A stretch of 64,000 nucleotides of DNA, from assembly GCA_964449215.1 (NCBI GenBank), contig CAYVAH010000001.1, forward strand, positions 32,865 to 96,864, given 5' to 3'. The notes below the pieces were generated by a model. The model did not search any database. It saw only the letters and a list, made by a program, of their open reading frames with translations, and was not told the origin of the DNA. Position numbers and translations under genes: made by a program. This document shows, in pieces, positions 29,086 to 37,436 of this stretch. The first letter of the stretch is position 1; the number at the start of each line of letters is the position of its first letter. The stretch is from Candidatus Undinarchaeota archaeon. Its GTDB lineage: Archaea; SpSt-1190.

Positions 29086-30229
29086 GCCGAAGAAAGTCAA
29101 AAAGGAGGAAGAAAAGCCCGCGGAAGAGGCCCCAGAAGAAGAAGGCGGGGAACCGGCAGCAGAGGAAGGAGAAAGAACAATAGGAGATATTGTTGAGGAG
29201 GAGGGGCTTGTTTCCGAACCTGAAAGGGAGTCAATGCTCAAGCAGCAGGGGACACCTGAGCTCTCTGAAGTTCTGATGCGCATTGACAGAATTGACGGGA
29301 AGCTGGAGCTCTTCAAAGGGATGCTCGATTCCTTCAACGAAAGACTCATAGAACTCAATGAACGCCTCGGGGACACCCGCAGGATGGTCTTCGACAGGGA
29401 AAAATGGGCCTCAAAGCTCGAAACGGAGTTCGAGAAAGTGGCAGGCATTGTGAAGGAACTTGACCCGGAGAAAATCGTAATGAGGTTCGAGAAGTTCAAG
29501 ACAAGCATTGAAAAACAGAATGCAACCCTGGAAAAGCTCAACGACCTCCTGAAGAACCTATCGGAGCGGATGAAGATTGCGGAGGGGAAACTCGAGAACG
29601 TTAAGAGCCTCGAAAACGTGATGAAGGCCGGAAAGACCGTTGAGGAGAAATTGAAGAAGATTCAGGAAGCGAAGACATATACGGACAAAATATCCGCGAA
29701 GATAGAGGCGATGTTCCTCGAAACGAATGAAAGGGTCGCCATGATGAAGGAAAACCTTGATAAGATTGAAAAGCATGAGTCGATGCTGGGCGACCTGCTG
29801 AAGGAAATTGAATCACTGAAGTTCAAGATAGATGAAGAGCTCGTGAAAAAGAGGGAGGTTGAGGAACTTATTGAGTCCGCAAAAGACGTAATCATAGAAG
29901 AAATCGTTGGGATAAACCCAGTTGCTTTTGACAACCTTCGAAGGAGGGTCGCGATATTGGAGAACAAGGGAAAAAGCACCAGAGAGCTCGAAGAGGAGCT
30001 GAAGAAATACCAGACACTTATGGATCAGGTTGAAAGGGATTTCCAGATGGGGCGGATAAAGGACGAAGCCAGGAACGAGCTGAAGGCCAGCACGGAGAAA
30101 AAGATAGAAGAAATCCGGCTGGTCCTTGAGAGCAGAAAGGGTCCAAAAAAGGTTGAGGGGAAGAAAGCAAAGGGAAAGGAAACCAAGTTGAAGGAAAAAC
30201 TTCTGAGCATGGGAAAGAAATCTACTTGA
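29051..30229 (+). CDS. K/E-rich cytoplasmic coiled-coil protein (start uncertain: TTG/GTG at 29051-29066; first ATG at 29234)
   Basis: Long ORF with heptad-like K/E/L-rich sequence throughout and no TM. Overlaps the previous gene across an A-run (ggcaaaaaagaag). SD-like GGAGGTGG at 29053-29060. Confidence 0.55.
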   Translation: MEVELLAKKKTKPKKVKKEEEKPAEEAPEEEGGEPAAEEGERTIGDIVEEEGLVSEPERESMLKQQGTPELSEVLMRIDRIDGKLELFKGMLDSFNERLIELNERLGDTRRMVFDREKWASKLETEFEKVAGIVKELDPEKIVMRFEKFKTSIEKQNATLEKLNDLLKNLSERMKIAEGKLENVKSLENVMKAGKTVEEKLKKIQEAKTYTDKISAKIEAMFLETNERVAMMKENLDKIEKHESMLGDLLKEIESLKFKIDEELVKKREVEELIESAKDVIIEEIVGINPVAFDNLRRRVAILENKGKSTRELEEELKKYQTLMDQVERDFQMGRIKDEARNELKASTEKKIEEIRLVLESRKGPKKVEGKKAKGKETKLKEKLLSMGKKST

Positions 30230-33200
30230 AAACCCTCTTCAGTTCCTCGAAGGTCTCGCGGGATATCAGCCCCTCTTCATATTGGCTCTTCAGTGTTTGA
30301 AGAACGTCAGATCCCCCTTCTGCTTCCCTTTTCTTCTTCACTATTTCCTCGAGCTTCTTCATCGCCCTCCTCTGCTCCCTCCCTTTCAGTATCTTGAACT
30401 TGTTTATGGCTATCACAATCAGGAGAATCAGAGCAAATATGGAAACGGCAATCACATACCAGTTCGGTGGAACCTCCGGGAGCGTGACTGTCGGCAGATA
30501 CCTCGGTTTTGAAATCTCCAGCCGGTATTTTATCTCCTCGATGGTGTTCTCCACATCAGATATCGTCTTGATTGCATCAACAGTCTGGTCCTTCTCGAGG
30601 TAGGTTTCAGCCACATCGAGCATTTCCCTGGATTTCCTGAGGAGGGAAAGAATCTTGGTAACATCACCCCCCCTCGCAGCAACCTTACCCGCCTGGTCCT
30701 CCAGATCCATAAGCTCCTCCCGGAGGGAAGCAATCCTCGCCCGGAGAGCCTCCTCCTGTGTCTTAAACACTATAACCTTGTAGAACTCCGAAACCTCCAC
30801 TTCACGGGAAATTATACGCATCTTGGTCACGTAGGTTCGGGCCGTGGCGTCCTCAGGGATCGTGAACTTCACGACAAGGTATCCACTTGACCCGGGAGAG
30901 AGGGATGCCACCTCCCTGACAACCTCGAACCAGTCCTTGTCTATGTCCTCAAAGAAAACTGTTATGTCGGAAAGGCCAACATCCCCTGTGTTCTTCACCT
31001 CGATGGTGAGATAACCCACCGAACCGCGGTTTATTATCATCTCATCCGGGAAGACGTTGGTTATTGTGAGCTCCATCACAGCAGCCTCAACCGGTGTTAT
31101 AATCTCAGGGGGGACCTCCTCCGGCGCAGCAGCTTCCACCACCCTGAAACCCCTCGAAACCTCAAGCGGGGGGTACACTGTCGAGTAGTTCAGAAGGACG
31201 TGGAGCGAGTAGCCCCCCGCTGACTGGTTGGAGTATATGGAAAGATTTGCAGTTAACGTGCGGTTGCCCCTGGCAGGAACGAATGTCGGCCTGTCATGGA
31301 CATAGGCATAAGTTCGATTCTGTGAATCCTCAATCCAGTATGAGAGAAGAACATCCTGGTCAACATCCCCGTAGTTCTCGAGCAGTATGGTGAAATTCAG
31401 GTCCTCACCCTGTGGCACCTCTGGGTCTATGCTGATTATATCAACGTCATAGGGTCCGCCAAAACTGACGCGGAAAGCCTTGAGCTTCCTCACCTGCCTC
31501 CCCCCTTGCTCAACTATAAGCTCCGCCAGATAGTATCCGGTGGTCGTTGGGAGGCTGTGCTTCGTCTGGTAGAGCCTGCTATTGTTCGTGACGTTGAAAA
31601 GCGAAAGCGAGCTGTTCGTGAAATAAAGATTCTCGGCCGAGTCATACACGTTCAGCGTGACTTCGTCCGGTTCCACCATAGGACCATCAGTATAGACGAG
31701 AGCGTAAAAGTGTGCCTGTATCGGCTGGCTTGAGTACCACACATATCCTACATCAAACTCAACATTATATTCCTCCCTGACGGAGAAGGAATACGTGGTG
31801 CTGTGATTAACTGTCTTGTTCGCCACCGGGTCCCGGTGCGAGGCATTCACAGTTATGGTGTAGTTGCCCAAGGGAGCATCATCGGGAATTGAAAATGTTG
31901 GTATCGGCAGCACCGTTCCATCGGACTGGAGCTCGTCGTGATATCGCAGGTATCCGAGCGAGTCGTTGAGCTTTAGAGAAACATTTGCAGGTATGGGAAT
32001 CCCGGACTCATCAGTGGTGTTTATGTATATGGATGCCGTTTCTCCCGTGTAGTATGTCCGGAAACCCGTTCCCACACTCGTGTGGAGTATTGGATAAACA
32101 TACAAGGTCAGGTTCTGACGGGAATAAAGCCCAAGGTTGTCTCTCGTCTCAACCTGCAAGGTGTAGTAACCGAACTCGTTGCTGTTCCCCCAGGTCCCGG
32201 GGTATGTGAGCTCGTAGTAGTAAGTCTCATTTGATTGATTCACGAGGTTCATGTCAGATGCCTGCACCGAGCCCCGGGGAAGAAACACAACGAGTCTGGT
32301 GAAGCTCAACCCCTGCCCGGATTTATCAGTGATATTCGCATAAACCGTTATGTCTTCAAGCTCCTGCGTAATATTCTTTGACAGTGTGGCATTTATCTCG
32401 GCAAGCTCTCTTGGTATCATACTCACGTTCAAATATCTCCAGGAGGGCTGTGCGACGCCAGCACTCACATTGTATGTGGCATTATAATAGTCCCTCGCGA
32501 CTCCGGTGAGATTCCAGAGTATGACAAAGAGGTGCACGCCCTGCGCTGGAACGGTGAAGTTGGTCTCATTGGTGTATGTATAGTTGGCGCTTTCCGGGGA
32601 AACGGTGAAGTTCAGTTCCACGTTACCCGTGTTGTTGACCATAACGTCGCACATCTTCCCCTCATCGAAAGCTACCTCGGTTGTGCAGTTCTCCGGGTGG
32701 AGCTCCCAGGTCCGGGAAACGGGAACTGTAATATTCAGGTACACAAAATCGTAACCATCATCGGAGCTTGTGTAATTGGCAGTTCCGGTATAATTGCCGG
32801 GGGAATAGCCGGGGGAGACATTCACATTCGCAGTCACATCAATCACAGAGCCAACAGGAATGAAGTCTATCTCGGGATAAAACGTTATGTTGAAATCATC
32901 CAGCCCAAGCACCGTTACACTCACCCCATTCACCTGGTCATTACCGGTGTTCCTGACGGTGAAGCCACCGATATCCGTGCTCTGACCGTGTGGCGCCGAA
33001 CCGGCCACATACGCTTCGTCTATCTGAAACTCCTTGTTCGAAAGAACTTCCACAGTGATGTTCGTGGTGTTGTATGTCACCCCTATTCCGGGATTCGCCC
33101 AAGAAACATTGACAACAACAGTGTAGTTCCCGGGCGTGCTCCGCTTCACAGCAAGCTCAAATGTCCTGAAACAGAACCCACCCACCGGCACGTCACCGCA

Positions 33201-35903
33201 GTTATACCTGTTGCCAGAAACGTTCGTGAGCCAGTAGGCCTCCGGGAGCTCCAGGGTGATGTTTGTGTCGAGGGCCGGAGAAGACCCTATATTCGTCGTG
33301 TTCACAGAAACCGTGAAATTCTGAAATTTATACCACCTCATCCTGTCAGAGGTGAGGGCGGAGGGCGTGGCGTTCACGCTCATAAAAGTCTCTATTATGC
33401 TAACCTGGACAGGTATGGAATCCCAGACGCCATTCTCCGAGGACGCATTTAGAGTACCATCAAAGGTACCACGCTCATGGTCACTTGGCATATACACCCA
33501 GACCTCCACAGAAGCATTTTCACCCTGGAAAATCAAGGAAACATTTGAAGGGGTGAAATTGAAAGTCATGGTGGGTATTCCTGTGACGTTGAACGTCACA
33601 TTCTGCAACTCGAAGTTTCCTTCGGATAAGACGGTTATATTCCCCATATAGTTCCACTCGCCTGGAGCGGCAGTTATGGAAATGTTCTCCTCGGCAATCC
33701 TGAGTGAGGGATTCGGGTCCACGGAAATGTTGAACGTGGTGTTGTAGCTGTCGGTGGTGTTGTCGGAGTTCAACCAGTCCACTGTGGCATTCACAAGATA
33801 AAACCCTGGAGTTTCATTTTCGGGGACCCACACATCAAAAAACCTGATGGAAGATTGAAAGAGGTCTATCGTACCAAGCTGTTCGAAGCTCGTGTTCACC
33901 CACCAATTCCCGGGGAGATTCAGGGTAATGTTGGTCGCGTAGGCGGTGCCGTTCCCGAGGTTGGTCACATTCGCCACCATCGTGAAGTTCTGTCCTTCAG
34001 AAAGGGTCACGTTATCTATGGACTCCCTGCCGCCTGTGAAATTCAGACCGACAGTCACATCCGTCACATACGTCACTGAGGTAAAGGTGTCCTGCGCCGT
34101 CCCTGTGTTGCCAAGTCTCGTAGCATTACAGACAAGTGTGAACACACCATAGTATGAGGGGGACACGAATTCTATCAGGTATGTGCCGTTCCCATAGTCA
34201 GTTACATTTGGGTTCGCATCTGTGGAGTCATACACACAGCTTATATTCGCCCCGGGGATGTATGTGTCATTACGGTAGTTGGTAACCTCCATGGTCGCAT
34301 TTATGGTGCGATTAACGAACCCGTAGTCATTTGAAATATTGAGTGACGCAGTGTAGGTATCAAACACAAAAAAGCTGGCGGTGGTCGTGTTCAGGAGCAC
34401 GTTCTTCTGGTCCCAGGCATAAGCCGTGATATTCCACTGACCTGTCGAGTTCGACTCGTTCAGGATGAAATAATTTGTGTAGAGGTCGTCCCCTGCCTGC
34501 GAATCCCCATGACTCCCGTCGTCATAAAGGGTCAGCGACAGGTCGCCCCCCTCAGACACAATGGTCGCATTCACGAGGGTTATCAGCCCGGAATCCACGG
34601 TGGCATTAACAAAAACTGTTACATTCTCCCCGCGGTTATAGCTTGAGTGTTCCGTTGAAGCGTTCAGGAACACCTCCCATTTTTCCGAAAGAGTCTTTGA
34701 CGTTTCCTCCCTGAAAAGCAACCTGTTCCTGAGGTTCCTGACTTGGGCGTCAGTCGGAGATCCCTTGATCGCGGAAGGGCTGTTGAAATGAAGTGCTGTC
34801 ACCTCATATAGGGTCTCATCTGGCTGAACCGTCACATTGGAAAGTTCAATACCCCCCCTCCCCCAGCTGTTGTTCCTGTTGACGGAAGCATAGGGACCCG
34901 AATCCTCAACATTTATGATACCAACGTGGAAGTTCGCGAACTCCGCGGCAAACCAGAACCACGAGGCAGGCTCGGAGGCATTCCCGATTATTATGCTGTT
35001 CGTCCCTGCCCTTTTAACATCAAAGAGCAAAGCACCAGCAGGAGTGGAATTGCGGGTTATGTTATAGTCCGCCGTGTTCTTGTAAATTTGCTCCACCTTT
35101 ATCCACTGGCTCTGATTGTAGAATATGTAACGCTTCACAATTTCACCTTCTGTCTGGTTTGTGGAGTTCCATACAACTTCCTTCCCTCTTTGCTCCACCA
35201 CGAGCCTTGCAGGACCCTGATAGAGAACTGTCATGTTGTTGCGAAGGTCGAACGTAAAGTTGTGTGTGTCATTGGAATACTGCATATACTCAATGGGGTT
35301 CTCCCCCTCAGACGGAGGAGACCAGAACTCATTCTCAGCATAGTCCTTTATTCTATAGATGCCTGAAACGTTGGCGCCCCGGGAGGTGTCTATCCAGTAT
35401 TCAAGACCTTTTGTGGTTCCGGAATCCTCAATGGTCACGTTGACCTGCAGCTCCTCGCCATCCCAGCTGTACGGGATGACAGTGTAGTTGATGGCGGGCT
35501 TGCTGTCGGTGTCATAGTAGAGACAAAAGACCCTCAGCTCGTTGGCCGCGAGGGTACCGTTCATTATGAACGCCAGCGTTCCGTGAAAATTCATCGAGGC
35601 GTTGAACCCCTGACCCTCATCGAACTGGCTCGGCAGCTCGAACATGGCACTCCCGCTGGAGGGATCCTGCTCTATGAGGCGGAGTGAAGTGGCGTTGATA
35701 GTCCCGCTTCCCCCAGAAGCATTCAGCTCAGCAGTAAGGTTCAGCGGGAACTCTATTGGCCAGTCTTCGCGGGAATACTTGGAAGCATTTACTTCGATAC
35801 ACACACGGTAATCCCAGCTGGAATCCCACCACTCCAGCTTCGCAAAAGCCGGGAGAACCAAAAGAAGCAGCAGCAGGGCTACCCGAAACCTCACGGAATT
35901 CAA
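30222..35903 (-). CDS. Large surface (S-layer-like) glycoprotein, 1,893 aa, with N-terminal signal peptide, C-terminal coiled-coil stalk, TM anchor and short cytoplasmic tail (start codon TTG at 35903 or GTG at 35894)
   Basis: N-terminus (M)NSVRFRVALLLLLLVLPAFA is signal-peptide-like. Very high NxS/T density. Coiled-coil segment at aa ~1720-1810. TM is WYVIAVSIFALILLIVIAINKF. TATA-like GGCTTAAATTAAAAGCC at 35909-35925. Convergent with the giant-gene operon, with 3' ends overlapping by 8 nt. Confidence 0.75.
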   Translation of the reverse strand: MNSVRFRVALLLLLLVLPAFAKLEWWDSSWDYRVCIEVNASKYSREDWPIEFPLNLTAELNASGGSGTINATSLRLIEQDPSSGSAMFELPSQFDEGQGFNASMNFHGTLAFIMNGTLAANELRVFCLYYDTDSKPAINYTVIPYSWDGEELQVNVTIEDSGTTKGLEYWIDTSRGANVSGIYRIKDYAENEFWSPPSEGENPIEYMQYSNDTHNFTFDLRNNMTVLYQGPARLVVEQRGKEVVWNSTNQTEGEIVKRYIFYNQSQWIKVEQIYKNTADYNITRNSTPAGALLFDVKRAGTNSIIIGNASEPASWFWFAAEFANFHVGIINVEDSGPYASVNRNNSWGRGGIELSNVTVQPDETLYEVTALHFNSPSAIKGSPTDAQVRNLRNRLLFREETSKTLSEKWEVFLNASTEHSSYNRGENVTVFVNATVDSGLITLVNATIVSEGGDLSLTLYDDGSHGDSQAGDDLYTNYFILNESNSTGQWNITAYAWDQKNVLLNTTTASFFVFDTYTASLNISNDYGFVNRTINATMEVTNYRNDTYIPGANISCVYDSTDANPNVTDYGNGTYLIEFVSPSYYGVFTLVCNATRLGNTGTAQDTFTSVTYVTDVTVGLNFTGGRESIDNVTLSEGQNFTMVANVTNLGNGTAYATNITLNLPGNWWVNTSFEQLGTIDLFQSSIRFFDVWVPENETPGFYLVNATVDWLNSDNTTDSYNTTFNISVDPNPSLRIAEENISITAAPGEWNYMGNITVLSEGNFELQNVTFNVTGIPTMTFNFTPSNVSLIFQGENASVEVWVYMPSDHERGTFDGTLNASSENGVWDSIPVQVSIIETFMSVNATPSALTSDRMRWYKFQNFTVSVNTTNIGSSPALDTNITLELPEAYWLTNVSGNRYNCGDVPVGGFCFRTFELAVKRSTPGNYTVVVNVSWANPGIGVTYNTTNITVEVLSNKEFQIDEAYVAGSAPHGQSTDIGGFTVRNTGNDQVNGVSVTVLGLDDFNITFYPEIDFIPVGSVIDVTANVNVSPGYSPGNYTGTANYTSSDDGYDFVYLNITVPVSRTWELHPENCTTEVAFDEGKMCDVMVNNTGNVELNFTVSPESANYTYTNETNFTVPAQGVHLFVILWNLTGVARDYYNATYNVSAGVAQPSWRYLNVSMIPRELAEINATLSKNITQELEDITVYANITDKSGQGLSFTRLVVFLPRGSVQASDMNLVNQSNETYYYELTYPGTWGNSNEFGYYTLQVETRDNLGLYSRQNLTLYVYPILHTSVGTGFRTYYTGETASIYINTTDESGIPIPANVSLKLNDSLGYLRYHDELQSDGTVLPIPTFSIPDDAPLGNYTITVNASHRDPVANKTVNHSTTYSFSVREEYNVEFDVGYVWYSSQPIQAHFYALVYTDGPMVEPDEVTLNVYDSAENLYFTNSSLSLFNVTNNSRLYQTKHSLPTTTGYYLAELIVEQGGRQVRKLKAFRVSFGGPYDVDIISIDPEVPQGEDLNFTILLENYGDVDQDVLLSYWIEDSQNRTYAYVHDRPTFVPARGNRTLTANLSIYSNQSAGGYSLHVLLNYSTVYPPLEVSRGFRVVEAAAPEEVPPEIITPVEAAVMELTITNVFPDEMIINRGSVGYLTIEVKNTGDVGLSDITVFFEDIDKDWFEVVREVASLSPGSSGYLVVKFTIPEDATARTYVTKMRIISREVEVSEFYKVIVFKTQEEALRARIASLREELMDLEDQAGKVAARGGDVTKILSLLRKSREMLDVAETYLEKDQTVDAIKTISDVENTIEEIKYRLEISKPRYLPTVTLPEVPPNWYVIAVSIFALILLIVIAINKFKILKGREQRRAMKKLEEIVKKKREAEGGSDVLQTLKSQYEEGLISRETFEELKRVFK

Positions 35904-35979
35904 AAACGGCTTAAATTAAAAGCCTTGCACCGAAAAAAACACGCTCCGCCAGAATTTTAGCTACTCTTGCATTTAAACA

Positions 35980-36168
35980 TCAGTTCAGCCTTGTAAAGCT
36001 CTCCTCCTCTTCCTGTCCGGGAAAAGGATGCTCCGGAAGCTCCTCCTCATAGAGGTCGCTTACCAGTATGTTCAACACAGCGTCGAGCTTTCTCTCGAGC
36101 CCCTTAATGCGGGACTCAAGTTCCTCAAGCTGCTTTTCCAGGGTCATATGGACAAGAGCAAAAGCCAA
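35980..36168 (-). CDS. Small coiled-coil hypothetical protein (62 aa)
   Basis: ORF with LEELESRIKGLERKLDAVLNIL heptads. No family recognised and it could be non-coding. Confidence 0.25.
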   Translation of the reverse strand: MAFALVHMTLEKQLEELESRIKGLERKLDAVLNILVSDLYEEELPEHPFPGQEEEESFTRLN

Positions 36169-36192
36169 ATATAAGTTTATCTACGCAATTCC

Positions 36193-36621
36193 GTGCTTAA
36201 AGAATTTCTCACTCTGGTCCTCCTGTTAGCCGTTGTGGTATTTGTGGGGAGCGGGGAAGAACAATACTACAAGGCGGAGCTGCGGAAAGTCACAATATAC
36301 CCGCAGGTCGCCTATCTCACCCTCGAAACAAGGGATGGAAACCTTTCAATGACCGTGTCCCCATCGCAGGGTGTGGCAATAAGGGACGCCCTGAACGAGG
36401 CGAGCCACCCGAGACCCACCACTCATGACCTGGCCGCAGAACTGGCAAGACTTTCAGGGGTGAAAAAGCTTGTGGTTCACGACCTTGTGAACGGGACTTA
36501 CATTGCAAGCCTGCATCTTGGGGCGGGAGTGGTAGATATCCGACCGAGTGATGGGATTGTAGTGTGCATCCGAGATGGTTGCCCAATCTACGTGTCCCGT
36601 GAACTCATTGCCGGCGGCTAA
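36193..36621 (+). CDS. Bifunctional-nuclease (BFN/DUF151) domain protein with N-terminal TM segment (GTG start)
   Basis: Motifs GVAIRDALNE and RPTTHDLAAEL resemble the conserved core of the DUF151/BFN family. N-terminal hydrophobic segment LTLVLLLAVVVFVG. Confidence 0.5.
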   Translation: MLKEFLTLVLLLAVVVFVGSGEEQYYKAELRKVTIYPQVAYLTLETRDGNLSMTVSPSQGVAIRDALNEASHPRPTTHDLAAELARLSGVKKLVVHDLVNGTYIASLHLGAGVVDIRPSDGIVVCIRDGCPIYVSRELIAGG

Positions 36622-37153
36622 AAATGACAAGGCTGTAGAGCCGATACAAAAATGAATAGAGTGCTATTGCCGAAATAACAAAAAGCGTTTCGATACCCTT
36701 ACCAAAAAAGATGCCTGTGGCTATAACTAGTATTCTTAGTGGCCTTAGGGTTGTCTTTTCAACAAATCTTCCTCTAGCAAGTCCCTCCATGATAGCCCCG
36801 GAATAGCTGGAGAGGAGTGTGAGGAGAACTGTCATCATACCTATTAAAGGAGAGTACATAATTCCCATTCCCACAACTATTATGCTGTCACTTATACGGT
36901 CACACAATCTATCTACAGCAGACCCCACGGAAGAGACCATCCCGTATTTCCTCGCCACCGTCCCATCAATAACATCAAGCATCCCGGAAATCAACACAAA
37001 AATTGCTGAGAGGGTTGTGTGACTCATAAAAAGCAGTACTCCTGCAATTGCCATTGAAACAGCCCCCAAAACCGAGATTTTTATCGGGTCAATCTTCGGG
37101 AGGACCTTCCCCATCTTCGGCTCAAGAAATCTTTTCACAGTCAGCATATTCAC
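36605..37153 (-). CDS. CDP-alcohol phosphatidyltransferase family protein (archaeal phospholipid head-group synthase-like)
   Basis: Signature D-G-x2-A-R-x8-G-x3-D-x3-D present as DVIDGTVARKYGMVSSVGSAVDRLCDRISD. Multiple TM segments. Confidence 0.7.
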   Translation of the reverse strand: MNMLTVKRFLEPKMGKVLPKIDPIKISVLGAVSMAIAGVLLFMSHTTLSAIFVLISGMLDVIDGTVARKYGMVSSVGSAVDRLCDRISDSIIVVGMGIMYSPLIGMMTVLLTLLSSYSGAIMEGLARGRFVEKTTLRPLRILVIATGIFFGKGIETLFVISAIALYSFLYRLYSLVIFSRRQ

Positions 37154-37196
37154 AATATTCCCTAGACATGTAATAGTTAAATGTTACCACGCCAAA

Positions 37197-37210
37197 ACTT
37201 TTTAAGAAAA
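37197..37210 (+). promoter_or_regulatory. TATA/BRE-like promoter element of tRNA-Asn (ctTTTTAAGAAAAG), ~25 nt upstream of tRNA 5' end
   Basis: AT-rich TTTTAAGA box at the canonical archaeal distance. Near-identical element (TTTTAAGAAAAGCTCGACCAAAAG) precedes tRNA-Ser. Confidence 0.55.
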
Positions 37211-37229
37211 GCTTGACCAAAACTTGTAA

Positions 37230-37331
37230 GCCCCGGTAGCTTAGCGGCAGAGCGCCTGGCTGTTACCCCGTTTCGGGTCACGGAGCGGGACAGAAACCAG
37301 GCGGTCGCAGGTTCGAATCCTGCCCGGGGCG
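37230..37331 (+). tRNA. tRNA-Asn (anticodon GTT) with a 30-nt intron at the canonical 37/38 position (37266-37295)
   Basis: Hand-folded. Acceptor GCCCCGG/CCGGGGC, D-stem GCTT/GAGC, anticodon stem CCTGG/CCAGG, loop CU-GTT-A, intron ccccgtttcgggtcacggagcgggacagaa, T-arm GCAGG-TTCGAAT-CCTGC, discriminator G, no encoded CCA. Confidence 0.75.
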
Positions 37332-37376
37332 CTTCCGCCCCCAACAAAATCCCCAACAATCTGAAGTCAATAAAAT

Positions 37377-37400
37377 GCCGGGATGGCCGAATGGTAAGGC
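37377..37400 (+). repeat. Exact 24-nt duplicate of the 5' half (acceptor + D-arm) of the downstream tRNA-Ser, followed by a duplicated promoter element containing an 8-bp-stem hairpin (GAGCTTTT-AAG-AAAAGCTC)
   Basis: gccgggatggccgaatggtaaggc occurs at 37377-37400 and again at 37437-37460. The intervening 36 nt carry the TTTTAAGAAAAGCTCGACCAAAAG promoter motif. Confidence 0.8.
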
Positions 37401-37436
37401 ACCGAGCTTTTAAGAAAAGCTCGACCAAAAGTGGAT

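Noticed and set aside
32532-33452. 306-aa plus-strand ORF inside the 1,893-aa surface-protein gene
   Set aside because: Antisense to a strongly supported gene (signal peptide, sequons, TM). Its composition is the mirror of the sense strand.
37177-37428. 83-aa minus-strand ORF overlapping tRNA-Asn and the tRNA-Ser fragment
   Set aside because: It covers two structured tRNA genes and their promoters, and is spurious.
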